A stretch of 64,000 nt of DNA, from NCBI GenBank assembly GCA_001949185.1, contig BDGG01000001.1, forward strand, positions 4,577,624 to 4,641,623. The letters are read 5' to 3'. Shown here one piece after another: positions 17,336 through 38,457 of the stretch (positions within the stretch are counted from its first letter, which is position 1; the number at the start of each line of letters is the position of its first letter). Under the pieces are notes generated by a model that saw only the letters and a list, made by a program, of their open reading frames with translations, ran no database searches and was not told where the DNA came from. This stretch comes from Ramazzottius varieornatus. Its lineage: Eukaryota; Animalia; Tardigrada. Both the position numbers and the translations under genes were made by a program.

Positions 17336-20054
17336 GCAGACTATCTTTGCTGTTTTACATTATCGGGTAAACTCTTTATTCTTGAAAACCCTCATGTTCT
17401 GTTCTGCGTATTCTTGCGCGGCCTGTTTTGAGTAGTCTCCTTGCTTACAAGCCGTAGATTCCACTGCAATGTCCGCCACGGAAAAGTGAGGGTATTACTC
17501 GAAGCTGCGAATTTCTGCGCCGTTAGCTAGGAATCTGAGATCACAGGACTGACGCCAGCTCACTTCCTGCGTCGTTCGTTATGTAAAATGACCAGCCTTC
17601 TTGTAGCTCACGCTTATGTGGTCGTCTCTTGATCGAGTCTTGAGGCACTTTAGCTAGGGAATCGTGTGAACGAGAGGAAGACGTCGACTGGATATCGTGG
17701 TCGGAACTCTGAAGTCGCCGGAAGAATTGGCCAGTAGGTGGCGTGCTTGGACTGTCATGTAGCTGATCAGGGCTTCTAGTTCTAGGTTGGAAGCTGGAAG
17801 ATCTAGAACTCTAGAAGATCACCACAAAGGCACGGACTGACGAGGTCGGACATACTCAGAGTTGCCGGTATGCTTTTCTTCGTCAAGAATATGAATTTTC
17901 GACCATTAAGAAAACACCGTCATGTCTTCGACAAAATGACCAGAAGTGACACCGTCTAGCATCTGTCTTCTTTGCAGTTCGTGGGACAAGTTTCCCTTCA
18001 GGATGCCCATGGACCCGTCGCAAGACACCAACTCTGCTGGCAAAAAGAAAGCATTGAGCGTCTTCTCGTCTTTTATTCAGTTGAGGATCCTCTAGTTGGT
18101 CTGGGACGAAAACCAGGAAGAACTGTGATCCGAAAGCCCGTCGCCGCCACGCAAGTGCGCTAATGAGGATACTGAATACTATGTCATGCAACATGGGGAA
18201 GATGATGATCCCGACATTGCCCTCAAAGATAAGTACCAAATTACTTCATTTGAAGTTGGGACTACATTTGCATTTGCATATGGGTATAATTCGAGGTATG
18301 CATCTTGTCAAATTGTGTGGGCGTTAATAATGATGTTCATTTGCATAGTAATGAAGATGGGCCAATATAACGTACCGTTCAGCACGTCGCCAGATTGATC
18401 TACAAGGCGGCGTTTATACTTAATCTCTATTCTTGTCTTTTAGTAGCCATCATCAAATTTGCGGAAGGATATGCATTCATGCATGGGGCAACCGTGCGAA
18501 GTGCACCGAAGCACTGAAGAGTCGACCGGGAAGTGAGTAGCGCAACGTGACGGTAGGTTTGGTGGCGGCAACGTTTTAGGAGGAGGATTAGGCAGCTTAT
18601 TGTGAGATTGTGTGGCCATGATTATTTCAGATGGCCACAGCCACAATAGCCCGCTATTGTTTCCTTAATTAAATCGAGCTGCGCGGAATCCCTTTGTGCG
18701 GGAGTAAATCCCCCTGCCGGGAACGGCTACCGCGCGGCTTTTGACGTTACCTTCTGTTACCTGCCTCCCCACCGACCACATGAAATATATACACCCTCCC
18801 TATTCATTCAGAACTCATATTCACTGATGAACACTTTACCTCAATTCACTGTTGATCGTGAAAAGCATTATTATAACCGAATCGATGAGCCACCAAACCA
18901 AAGTTCATCCACCGTTGAGGTATTTTTCCACCCTCGATAATTATGCCGATTGTTTTTAGATACTTTCAGTCATGGCAAATATAACCACAAGATATACTGC
19001 AGTGTACGCAGTGAAAACAGGCTTCCGAAAACATTATTTGGAACGTCGGCAAACGTCTTTAAGCAGGATCGTTTTCCCGAGTGGCGCGACATTTCATGCA
19101 AAAACAATGAGAGCGCTCGCAAGTTACTAACAATCATGTTAATCCATTTGCCAACGCCCGTTTAAATTTTGTAAGTACTTTTTCTGACTTTGCAAATTCT
19201 CTTTCGATAGGTTAGTATTTTTTTGATCTGTAGATTGACTGTCAAGTGTCAGTCAGGTTTTCCGTCGTCAACCTGTTCCATTCTTTACCGGGTTCTTCCG
19301 AAGAGAGGAAAATGATCAGAGTACTTGACTACTTGTATGGAGAGGTTGCGAATCAAGTTATAATTACGAGTATTGAGGGAGAAGGTTATCAGTATAAATC
19401 TGCTAGGGGCAGTGAAAATGACAAGTTTTTATACTGGTGATTAGAATGGTCAGAGAAGTTGATGTAGTGTCGCGCAGCGTGGATGCCGTCATCGTCAATT
19501 GCGCAGTTCATCTCGTTTACGCTTATTATCCTCGTGTGTCGCCGCAACACTGCCGTCCAAAAGAATTCCTGGTTATAAAGCCATCATCATCATTGGTCGT
19601 CAAAGAGTCGTAGCGAGATAGCGAGAAAGGCAATCATACCAGGCCGATTTGAGCATGGGCAGTTAATCCACGTTGAAAATAGATGGCAAAATATGGCCAT
19701 TGAATATAATTACACCGTCTGAATGGCAGCCCTGCAGCCACCTGAATCCGTCTTCGTCAATATACTTAGTTATTAACTGTATTTAATAGTTTATCATTTG
19801 TTAGTCGCACTTCAACTTCACCTTATTTTCCACCCTGTCACCTTTCTTTCCACGAGCTCTTGAAATCATTAATATTTCATGAAAAAACCCAGGATGCACG
19901 CCAGCAGTCTAATCTTCGTACCGACAGAACCTCATTCCAATAAAAAGGAGTACTTATACACTGCAAAAGCAAATCTATTTATGAAATGATTAGAAATTTC
20001 AGAAGGTGAAACTGGACATATTATGGGCGAATGATTTGAACCAGATCGTCTGTG

Positions 20055-20103
20055 AGAGCAGCGCACACCTTCAGTAAATTATAATGTAAACGTGCACCAC
20101 TTG
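20055..20103. repeat. Palindrome family A core (upstream of ems)
   Basis: AGAGCAGCGCAC-N25-GTGCACCACTTG; outer AACCAGA/TCTGGTT. Confidence 0.85.
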
Positions 20104-20874
20104 AGACAACTGTCTGGTTGAATCCATTTACCTCGTCCCATTTTATCTCTTGATTGACTTGAAAGTTGAAATTCAGTTTCAACGCAGGACTACATTGTGT
20201 ATGTTTCTTAGGAGTACATTGCCAGAAAACTAAGGAACGACTTCGAAGTTCGGGATTGACAGCAATTGACGATCATTTGGATGGAAGACAAAGCCTGTCG
20301 ACGGAAGGAGCGACAAGGAAGTAGAGAGGTGCGGAAGGGAAGTGGTGGATGATTGGTCAATGTGAGTTATGGGGAGAGGCGTGTCCGGCTGAAAGTTCTC
20401 CATATTGCACGGGTAAGTGGTAGAGAGCACTAAATTGACGTACTAAAAGCTTTGCCTGAAAAGCGGACCGAGCTTTGGCTTCATCAGCGACGGCGATTGA
20501 GCCTTGAGGTCCTTACAAGTGAACCGTCGAGTCGATAGATATGGCAAAGGCCGGCATTAATACCATTTAGCAGATTACATTCGTCAATCGGTAGTGTACT
20601 TACATGCACTCATGTCATTACCCAAGTCATTTTGGCTCTTTAGAAAAAAACAGTTGCGGCAGCTCAAGTTGATCTTCGTCGAGTACGCGCCTGCATTGCA
20701 TGCGGTTTGATGATTGTTCAATTACCTGCCAGCCGAGCACGACAAAGTCAGCTTTACCGGCCTTTCTCCTAACTCAAGTGTCTCCACTGTGCTCGAACTG
20801 ATTGCCTTGTTGTTTATGTCGCTTTTTTGATTAGAGCAATTTGTCAAGACTAACTTGAGATTTTTCCTTTTGTC

Positions 20875-25109
<4,235 letters not shown>

Positions 25110-25821
25110 TCTATGACGTCGCTTTTTTCGTTATCTTGTTTCGGAATTATACTTTTCATGGTATCAGTATTGTGAAATTTTTCGGAGACCTCCAGGAACT
25201 GTTTGAGCCTCTACCGCTGATGTGTTACAAGTATGCGGGTTTCGGTGTATAAGCTTTGGCTTCGTAACCGTGTGGTGGTGTTAGAGTCGTACAATGAAGT
25301 TTTCTGGCCGTAAGCGGTTTAAGCGAAATTACAATCCTTTTATCGGGAAAGAATAACAATAATATTTTTGGACAGTGTGGAGAAATGCCGTGTCGACGCG
25401 TGTGAATATTTAGTGGGACATTGTTGATTGTAATTATGCGATTAATAGCGCAAGAACAGAGCTGAAAGCGACAAACTGCCAGTCCGTTAGACCAACTTCT
25501 ATCGCTGACGATTAGCTTTGGCGGCGTTTGCCAGTGACATTTCTTGTGGCACGACAAGAGCCAACAAACAGAAACTTAATCGAATAATAACATGCGAATG
25601 AATATCACGTTTAGCGAATGCCGCACTGCCGTCTCGAGTTCTCCAACACACAAAGAATATACTTTGCTAAAGTGTCTTTTACTTTAATGGCGTTCCATTT
25701 GCGTCGCACCTTTTATCAAACGTGAAATCGGATAAGGTACATGGTTAATGTGATTACGTTTCACTCCACTACCATAAACCAATTGGGACGCCGGCAAATG
25801 AATCGGACCAGATCGTTATAT

Positions 25822-25870
25822 CAAGTGGCGCATATTCTCAGCGTATTCGACAAAAAATGTGCGCCACTTG
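25822..25870. repeat. Palindrome family A core (downstream of ems)
   Basis: CAAGTGGCGCAT-N25-GTGCGCCACTTG. Confidence 0.9.
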
Positions 25871-27462
25871 GAAAAACAGTCATGTTCAAGTGAATTACCG
25901 CATATTCACCACGGCTTTCACGTCGATTTATGATCCCCGCTCGTTCCAAAGCATACGGCAAAAATTGGCTGGAAAATGTGAAAGCAAAGGCAAAAATGTA
26001 TTGTAAACGGCCGTAGGATGCAAAGCTGCTTGTCGATCGCCCATTTAATAAAATGCTTGCTGTGCTTTGTACTTCTCGATCAAGAATGTGGCCAGCCTTC
26101 AGTCATCGATCACCAGTTTAAATGGCCACGTTGATTGCGCCCAACTGTGAAGGCTATTATTTAAAAGTCGGTTTTGCGCAGGCATAATATCAGATTGAGT
26201 GGTTATCATTACCCAAAAGCGACTCCAGGTAGCATCGTCCAACGTTTGACATTGACGTACGACGCTATATATGGGGCTAAGTTCGAATGGCGTCTGGAAT
26301 CCCCGCCGTTCTAAACCGGCTTTAGTCCAATCTTCAAACGTCGACGCTTTAATGGCAGTGTATTACACACAAAGTTTATACTTCATAATGAAGACCGTGG
26401 TCGTCAATACGCTCTTCGACAAGTTGGGTTCTCCAGCTAAAATGACGCGACAGGACAGGTTATTTTCGACCATTTTTCTAACTGCTGCATGCATAATTAT
26501 GGTCTTGACGCGAGCCATGGGATCGCAGGATGCGGGTGACCTACGTATCAAAACTCTGTCTAATCAACAGCTCAGACATGTTGGAACTGATTTTGCACCA
26601 CAATTTAGTTTAATTGAAAAACTGACAGCTTTGTGTGCGTTGCCGCTTTCGGCCGGTTGCCAACTGTTTCGTCCATGCCAACAGTTAGGTCAGGCGCGTG
26701 TACTTTTTCCAGATTAGGCGAATTTCTACACAGTTATTTCTTTGGCCGATGCAGGGCCGAGAACTTCATTCTCGAACGAGAACCGTTCTCAAGGCGGTGA
26801 CAAGCTGCTCATCAAACTTAGTCTAAAACCATCGTTAAAGATGGTGCGAGAAGATAGAACAGAAAGTTAAAAGAGAAAATCAGGAATGGCGATCTATGGA
26901 TATCGTAGGGCGGTGAGCATAGTTGTGATGGATCAGCGCGGTCGACTGTGAAAGCTTAATAAGCGGAATGAAATATCAATTGCCAATCTCATTTGCGCAT
27001 CGGCAAGAGACGCGAGACATGCCTCTTTGAGGAGCCGTATCTATCAAATTGAGCATACTCTTCCCCGCTCCGGGCCAAATTACAAATCCCAACAAACCGA
27101 TTCCAGTTATCCAAACAAGTTATCCTTTCCATGTTAAGTGACAGCATTTTCATTCAGTCACACCTCGTTTGGCGAGTTTATCCAAGCCATAAACTGGCCC
27201 ATGCCGTTCCCAGCCATAAAATCAATGGGATGCTCGAGTCATTTAGACCTGCAAGAAAATCTAGCACTGGACAAAAATCCGATTGAACTTCTTCAGTCCT
27301 TAACGCTTTGCCTTATCATTCCGATAAACTAACTTATTTTATATTGACATATAAAAGACTAACCGTACTGTACAAATTCACACCAGTTTGTAGTATTTTG
27401 AACCAAATATAATCCCTGAAATACTACTTGAAACCAAAGAGAGGTAAACTATCAAAGAAGGA

Positions 27463-29619
27463 TTAGAATTTTCCGAAGTCATCAAAGTCTGTAGCGAAAG
27501 AGGCCGGTTTAGGTTGCTCAAATGCGGGGAACCCATAGCCGACGTTACCGGCACTTCCATCGTTCGCCGCGACCGATCCCCATGGATCAGCGTCCCGTGC
27601 CGGACTGGGGTTCTCTTTCTTACCAGGACCTGTCCTGCCGGCTGCCTTGGGTGGAGCGGGCCGAGGTGGTGGCTGTTTCGAGGCGCCACTGGAAGGAGCT
27701 GGTCCGGTCTTCTTTGGAGGCAGGGCAGGTGCAGAAAAACCGGAGTTGTCGCTAAAACCCCACTGATCGGCACCACCACCACCGCCTGTGAAACAAGACA
27801 GAACCCAGGATTATAGATCAAGGAAATGATGAGAAGATGGAACGCGGGCACATGGTCTGATCCAGATCGCTCTCTGAGGTGGCGCACATTTTCAGACAAC
27901 AGCAACGAAGGCGTGCGCCACTTAAGATGACGATTTGGTTCAGTTCATTCGCCCACATCTCAGTAATTTGAACTGCATACCGCCGAAAGGGGAAGCACCC
28001 CAAGGATCGTCCGCTACCGGACCGCCTCCGAAGGGAACTCCAAAACCGACGCCGAAGCCACCATGCGTTGCCGCTTGTGGTTTCGCGAATGGGTCTGCAC
28101 CATGGAATGGGTCGTCGTTTGTAGAGGAATGAAAGGTAGGAGCGAAGCTGGCTGTCTTCAGTGCGACGTCACTGCTTACTGGGTCGAAGCTGATGGCACC
28201 GGCGCTAAACGTGAACTCAGCTGCGGACTTCTGAAGGTACTCGGGCTTAACTAGGGAAATGTCTTGAGAAGCGAGAGCTGCGTCGAATTCACCAATAGCG
28301 GCCTGCAAAGAAGAAGATTCATCGATGTTTCGAATGGGCATATTCTGCTAAGGGAGTTTCTGACCTGTAAAGTGGTGTTCAGGAGCATGACATTCTTCAC
28401 GTGTTCTTCCAGCTGAAGAATCCTTCTGTCACCTTCATCAGCATTAGCTTGTAGCGTGGATAGTTGTTGCCTGTACGCTTCTAGCTTCTGCTGCGCTACC
28501 GACTCTTCCTGCTTCAGCCTGTTCAACTCTGCTCTCTTCTTTTGCATCTCAGACTGTTGTTGGTTCTGGTTGACCTGCCTCTTCTCCAGTTCCTCTTTCA
28601 TTTCCCTGGTTCGTTCCCGTTCTCGCTCGAGTTCCACCATGGCACTCGAGACGGATGATTGTAACCGGTTCTTCTGACTGTCCAAGTCATCCAATCGTTT
28701 CTGAGCTTCTCCGCGTTGAACATCCAACTGCTTCGTCGCCGTCTGGAGCGCATCGAGCTCTTTTGCCAAATTCTGTAGTTCACTTTGCCTCATCTGCGAC
28801 AACAAAACATAGGTGAATAAATCATTTTATAACCAGTCTGGTGCAGCGCTACATCGAATAATCGAGAAGGCAAATTTAAATCCACTGGGCAAGTATTGTA
28901 AATCGGCCACCCACACTGGCTCATGATATCCATGGGTGGCCGACTCACACCCGTTGGCCCACACGTACCTGAATCTCGGATTTCCGTCCTTCCACATCGT
29001 GCACAAGTTTCGCCTTATCCGTTTTGATTTGTGCGATTTCTTCTTCCAAATCTTTCAACTCTTTCTTCAGGCCTTCGTCTCCTCCTTCATCGTCATCGAG
29101 TTCAGGTTGAGGAAGGATACCAGGATGGTGGAACTGCGTTGTGTACATGCGCATGGATGGTGGGACCAAGTCGGGAGGTAGTGTCGCTGGTGGGTCGATA
29201 TTGTTCCTCAGCTTCTGCTGGATCAGATGGAAAGCCAGCGCGAACTGTTCTTGGTTCAACATGCCGTTCTTCCGGACATCGCACAGTGCCCAGATTTGCG
29301 CAAGGATAGGTGGAGGAAGGGTGGATTGTAGAAAGATCCCCTTGCACTCTCCGCCGTTAACTAATCCATCGTGATCTTGGTCCAGAGTCAGGAAGATGGC
29401 GTCCGACTTGGTCTTTTCCGTAGCCGGAACACTCCATACTGCGATGACGGGTGTTGGAACGATGGAGGAGAAGGATTGTCCGGATAGGAGGTACAAACCT
29501 TGGGATGCGGACACATCTCCTGCCACTCGATTACCCGTCAAGCTGGCTGTCAGGTTCACTGGTATCGACGGTATCGCCCCGAAAGCCGAGCTTAGGTTGT
29601 CCCCAAACGGATCGGCCAT
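27463..29619 (-). CDS. Eps15: Eps15-like endocytic adaptor: one EH domain, coiled coil, DPF/DPW motifs, Pro-rich tail
   Basis: EH domain WSVPATEKTKSDAIFLTLDQDHDGLVNGGECKGIFLQSTLPPPILAQIWALCD...PPATLPPDLVPPS; long coiled coil; DDPF/ADPF/DDPW motifs; ends FDDFGKF*. Confidence 0.8.
27876..27924. repeat. Palindrome family A core (Eps15-like intron)
   Basis: GAGGTGGCGCAC-N25-GTGCGCCACTTA. Confidence 0.9.
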
Positions 29620-30379
29620 CCTTAGGGTGTAATTTTGTAAAGAACAGAAACCAAGATGGACATAATTATTGAAGGGAAGATGTCTGCGCGGAACGCCCCC
29701 ACTCAATCAAGAGTCAAATCCAGACAATCCAATCACTCACAGACCGAAGAACAAAACTGGCTGTAGTTGCCGATGACGTCAGCGACTTTGGGGTAATGGT
29801 GGCGGCATTTCTGATCTAACATCAAGACGCGTCATCAGCCAGTACCCAAATGGAACTGCCACCGATCGACGAGAGTGGAGTGGAGCTGCGAACTGTGAAG
29901 CAGCCAGTTCCAGTATAGGTACCAAGGCGTGCTTCCAGTTCCACCGTGGATTTCGAGCACGGCGTGCCATGCAGGATGTGGCAGTCTTGCTATGTTGCGT
30001 CTGGTACCTCCAAGGAAATCGACTTCTTCCTTTTCTTATTATTCGGTGAACACCGTTCAGACTCCGTAGAAGATCTCTGTTTTTCTCCACACCCAGTTCT
30101 CTTGTTCTTTGGGAAAAGGATCCTAGACGCCGTTGTGTCCATCTTGATAGACTAGCAGTATACCCGAAGAGTTAACTCCTCGTCTTTTCTTTTTCAGCCT
30201 TGAACTCGTTCGAAATCCGGACCGCGACTCCCCTACAATCCACCTTCTTTATTTCTTCGGCTCCACCAGACAACAGGACGTTTAAACAAGGTAGAAAGCG
30301 GGGTATGATCCAGGGAATGTTGGAGTATAGACTAATGATCGGCTTTTCCATTACACACAGGAAGCGCGTGAAGGTTATT

Positions 30380-34580
<4,201 letters not shown>

Positions 34581-35019
34581 GTTCTTCGGATAACGGAAGA
34601 ACGGAAGGAACCGAAACTTCATCACGGTTCTTTCCATCCACGGATGTCAGTTTTCATTTCGTGCTTCTGGTTTACTTCACTACATACTATTCTTCTTTCC
34701 TGTTTTCTCTTTTTCTCTACACTATTCAAAATGGACCGAAGCGACACAAGCAAGCAATCTCAGTAACCCGTCATGCGAATGAGGTGGAATTCTTCGACGA
34801 TGAAGGAAGGACTCTTCGTAGTACACACTTGTTTCCTTTTGTTTCCTCCATTCACACTCTTCACTTCCTTCTCCACTCCACAACACTGGTCAAGAAATGG
34901 AAACGCTCTTGTGATCTCTTTTCGTACGTTTTAGGGTTCCTAGTCTCTCTTACAGCGGTAAGCACGAACATTTTCAAAAACTGGAACATTGGCAAGTGTT
35001 TTGAACATGAGCAGTCTCC

Positions 35020-35068
35020 CAAGTGGTGCACACCTTCATGCACCACCAATGAGAACGTGCGCCACTTC
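35020..35068. repeat. Palindrome family A core (probable DDX3 3'UTR)
   Basis: CAAGTGGTGCAC-N25-GTGCGCCACTTC. Confidence 0.9.
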
Positions 35069-36015
35069 GAGGTACCGATCATGTTTGAATTTACCGACGT
35101 CCCAGATGGTACCATTTTCTGAAATTTGCTTTCGGGGTCTTTCTAAAACTGAATGTGATTATTCTTGACAGGTTTTTTCCGATGGAAAATGGATGGTTGT
35201 TCAAACATTCTCTTATTGGGGCCAAAGCTTTCTCTCGCGGAACTTGTATACTAACCGGAGAATGGAGTACACTGCTGTGTGCTCTGTTCTTGTGACTGTG
35301 ATAAAGCATCGGCCAGAAAAGGAGCATCTGTCCGAAGAAAGAAGGATGCGCGTCTCTGGTGTTTAAGGCGACTACTTGGTGGTGAGGGGCATTTTTCTAT
35401 GAACGGTCTGCACTTTCCGTCCGTCTTTCATCGATGAGGTAACCGCTGACTGGTTACCGGCAACGGTGGCGAGCTACAACAAGACGTCAAGCAGCAAGAG
35501 AGCAAAGGAATCTTATGTAGCGTGGTTTCTGTTATACTGTTTCTTGACCATGTTTAGTTTGAAGTAACGCTTATCTCTACAATATCTTCACGCAAAGTGT
35601 TGCTGTCAGTTTTTCGTTCCTTGCGAAACCAAAACACATTAAACGCTTTTCATAACCTTTTGCAGCGTCTTTTTTTCTCGTTGATTTCCCTTCTTATGGA
35701 ATAGTCCTCTTTTGTTTTTGAGATTTGCGAGCTTGGTCCTACACAGTACACACTGAAACTGCTTCGGTTGATATAAAAAAGTTGCGCTTTATTTCAGCCC
35801 TGAACAATATTAGAACATAACCGTCATGCGTGAAAACTGTACACGTATACCTGCGTTGTGCCAATTGAGCAGAAAATAAGTGGACTAAAACTTCGGAAAA
35901 AAGGACAGGAATTACTACAAAAAATGGGAACTAATACTTCTCATGAGCATTAGTAGAATAGGGCGGTGAAATTTTTAGTATGTAGAAAATAGGACAGGGA
36001 TTTCCGGCCATCAAT

Positions 36016-37793
36016 CTAGCAGACCAGAATATCATCTAACATGTAGGATCGCTTATCGAAGTTATCGAAAGGTATATGGTTCTCTTTGGCTGCGTCGACA
36101 TCGATGCCGGAGTCTGTGCTTTCTATGATTGTCTCCTCAGGCTTCTGTACAATCATTGGCGAGGATTTACCATTCCGAACGTATCCGTCGGTATTGCCGG
36201 AAGGTTTTCTGGTACTGTGCCATAACTGTAAGATAAACAGAGCTGAATGAATAACAGGGCGATCGGCAAACACGAAGCGGAGTTATTTCATCCATCCAAC
36301 TGCGTACTCGCGAGCAATGGCAAATCAGACGAGAGCATGTATGCAGGTGTTTAGCGGCAAATTACATCACAAAACCTGCATACATCTGCGCAACAGCAAC
36401 CAATACGAACAGACTGTATGCAGGTTCTTGAGGAACCTGCTTTTACCTTGAGGTAGTGTTCGAGCATGGTTATATCGACCCGACAGCCTTCGCCTTCGGT
36501 CATGCCACCATCGACAACCACTTCTAACACGAAAAGACTGTTTCCATGTAGAAGAAGCGTCGAAGTGAAATAGCCCACGAGTATGGGGATCCACACGCGT
36601 GCTTCCTGGTCGGGTCCATCGCGATTCGCCACGACGATGTCGCAGAACATCCAAATGCCCCGCCACACGGCGATTACGCCCATCTTGGCCATTATGAGGA
36701 AGGCATCTTCAAAAGCTAGCCTCAGCCACCAGTAACGCTTCTCTTGTAAAAAGGCTGATACGGCGGCGGCCTGATTTTGGAATACGTCGACACCTATGCA
36801 GATAAGATAGCCCACCGACAGACACCATAGAATGCTTTCAGTGGGCTTTCCTGGGTACAGGTTCAAGTCAAGCAGTACCCACAGCCCTCGCCACTCGAAT
36901 ATAACGAGAGCACCGACTACTGCGACTGAGAAGACGGAATCCGCGAGGAGAAACAGCGGACGATCGGCCTGCAGAAAAACAATTTGACAAACCAATTAAA
37001 GCAACCTTTAAGCATGTCTAAACCACGAGTAATGTCAGATAGAGTAACACTATTTATGGAGCACGAATTCGTCGAGCTCCCTTACCGTGGCGCGGAACCT
37101 TGTTTGGATAAGGAAGAAAGACTTGTGCTCGTCGAAAGCTGTCCCCAAAGGCGAAGAAATGCCGTTACACGACGCTCGAAGAATCACCAGGAACGAAGCT
37201 CCGAAGACGAAGGAAAACGTAGCGCTGGGAGTGGTGATACCAAAATAGTAATCCTGAACCATCCACAAACCTACGAAAAACGCGGTAAACATAGAAGCAC
37301 CTCGTTGAAACCCTTAGGTAGAAAACACTGAAATGCTAATTTGGCAAGGCTTCGGCTCAATCCCGGTGGACGGCACTGAGCTGATATCATGACGGATGAA
37401 CATAGCAAAGTTCGCCAAAACGATGCATTTTGTAAAATCCATCAAATTACCTCGGCAAAAGAAGACGTTCGCTCCAGCTGCCACCAAAGTATACAGTCGT
37501 TTTACCACGATATTTCTGAAAGAGAATCTGGGTTCCAGGAAACGAGCTGTCAGCTCAAACTGGATGAAGTTGAAGAGGATCATGACGATGGACCCACCCG
37601 CCACACAGAGCCATGCGCTGAGCGGAACATCGTTCGGATAGAGGTGCAGATCCAGCAGCATCCATAGTCCGGCCCAAAACGACACGATACATGGCAGCAG
37701 AACAAACAGAACAAGGCACCGGTCAATGACTGCATAAACACGAGGATGAGCCGACTTGAAGAGCTGCAACCAGAACATCCCTCTTCGGCGCAT
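36016..37793 (-). CDS. fusl: Fuseless-family multipass membrane protein
   Basis: Repeated W-x-G-x-W-x-x-x-D helices (FWAGLWMLLD, FVGLWMVQD, EWRGLWVLLD, VWRGIWMFCD) across spliced ORFs; start codon uncertain (37793 or MFWLQ slightly downstream). Confidence 0.75.
36339..36425. repeat. Palindrome family B (fuseless intron)
   Basis: GTATGCAGGT (36339), then ACCTGCATAC (36374)-N32-GTATGCAGGT. Confidence 0.75.
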
Positions 37794-38457
37794 TTACATC
37801 GATGAAGGTATCCACAGGCGATATCCACGGTCAGGCAAGTCCTCCATTCCCTGTAAACCGACGCATTTCTTGACCACTAGCTACAACTAAAGTGGCAAAC
37901 CATCCCTTGTGCCCATTGTGTCGTTGCCGGCGTGGGAAACAACCGATGGGGGAATACTTCTGGAATTTACTAATTCTAGATATTCTAGCAGGAAAATGTC
38001 TGAAAGTGCGATAAGATTGATCGGATATTCGGAACAGCTGATCAAGCACACCGCAGTGACGTCAGTCAGCGCAGTGACAGAGTAAGCTGTTTGCAGGCTG
38101 TTTCCGGTCATGACGTCATGAACCATTGCGCGAAAACCGACAAGTGAACCTTGCCCGGTATTTCCTCAGGTTTTCCGCCACATTCACACGACACTTTTGT
38201 ATATTTGGTCAAGCCGTTTCTTGCTCAAGTCCCGTCACAATTGCTGAAAAGTCTGGGCATCGTAGCGGCATGGTGGCGCTTGCTGGCAACAGATCCCACC
38301 CGTTGCTGCTCGGAATTCGAAGCAGTCAATTCGGAAGGCTGCGTCGTCAATAGTAACACTATCTTCCTTGTTGCAGGTCCACAAAGACCGGTGTTCTCCG
38401 AAATCTTCCACAATCTTAGATCGAACCTGTGGCTGTACAGGTGCCGTAAGCACCAAA

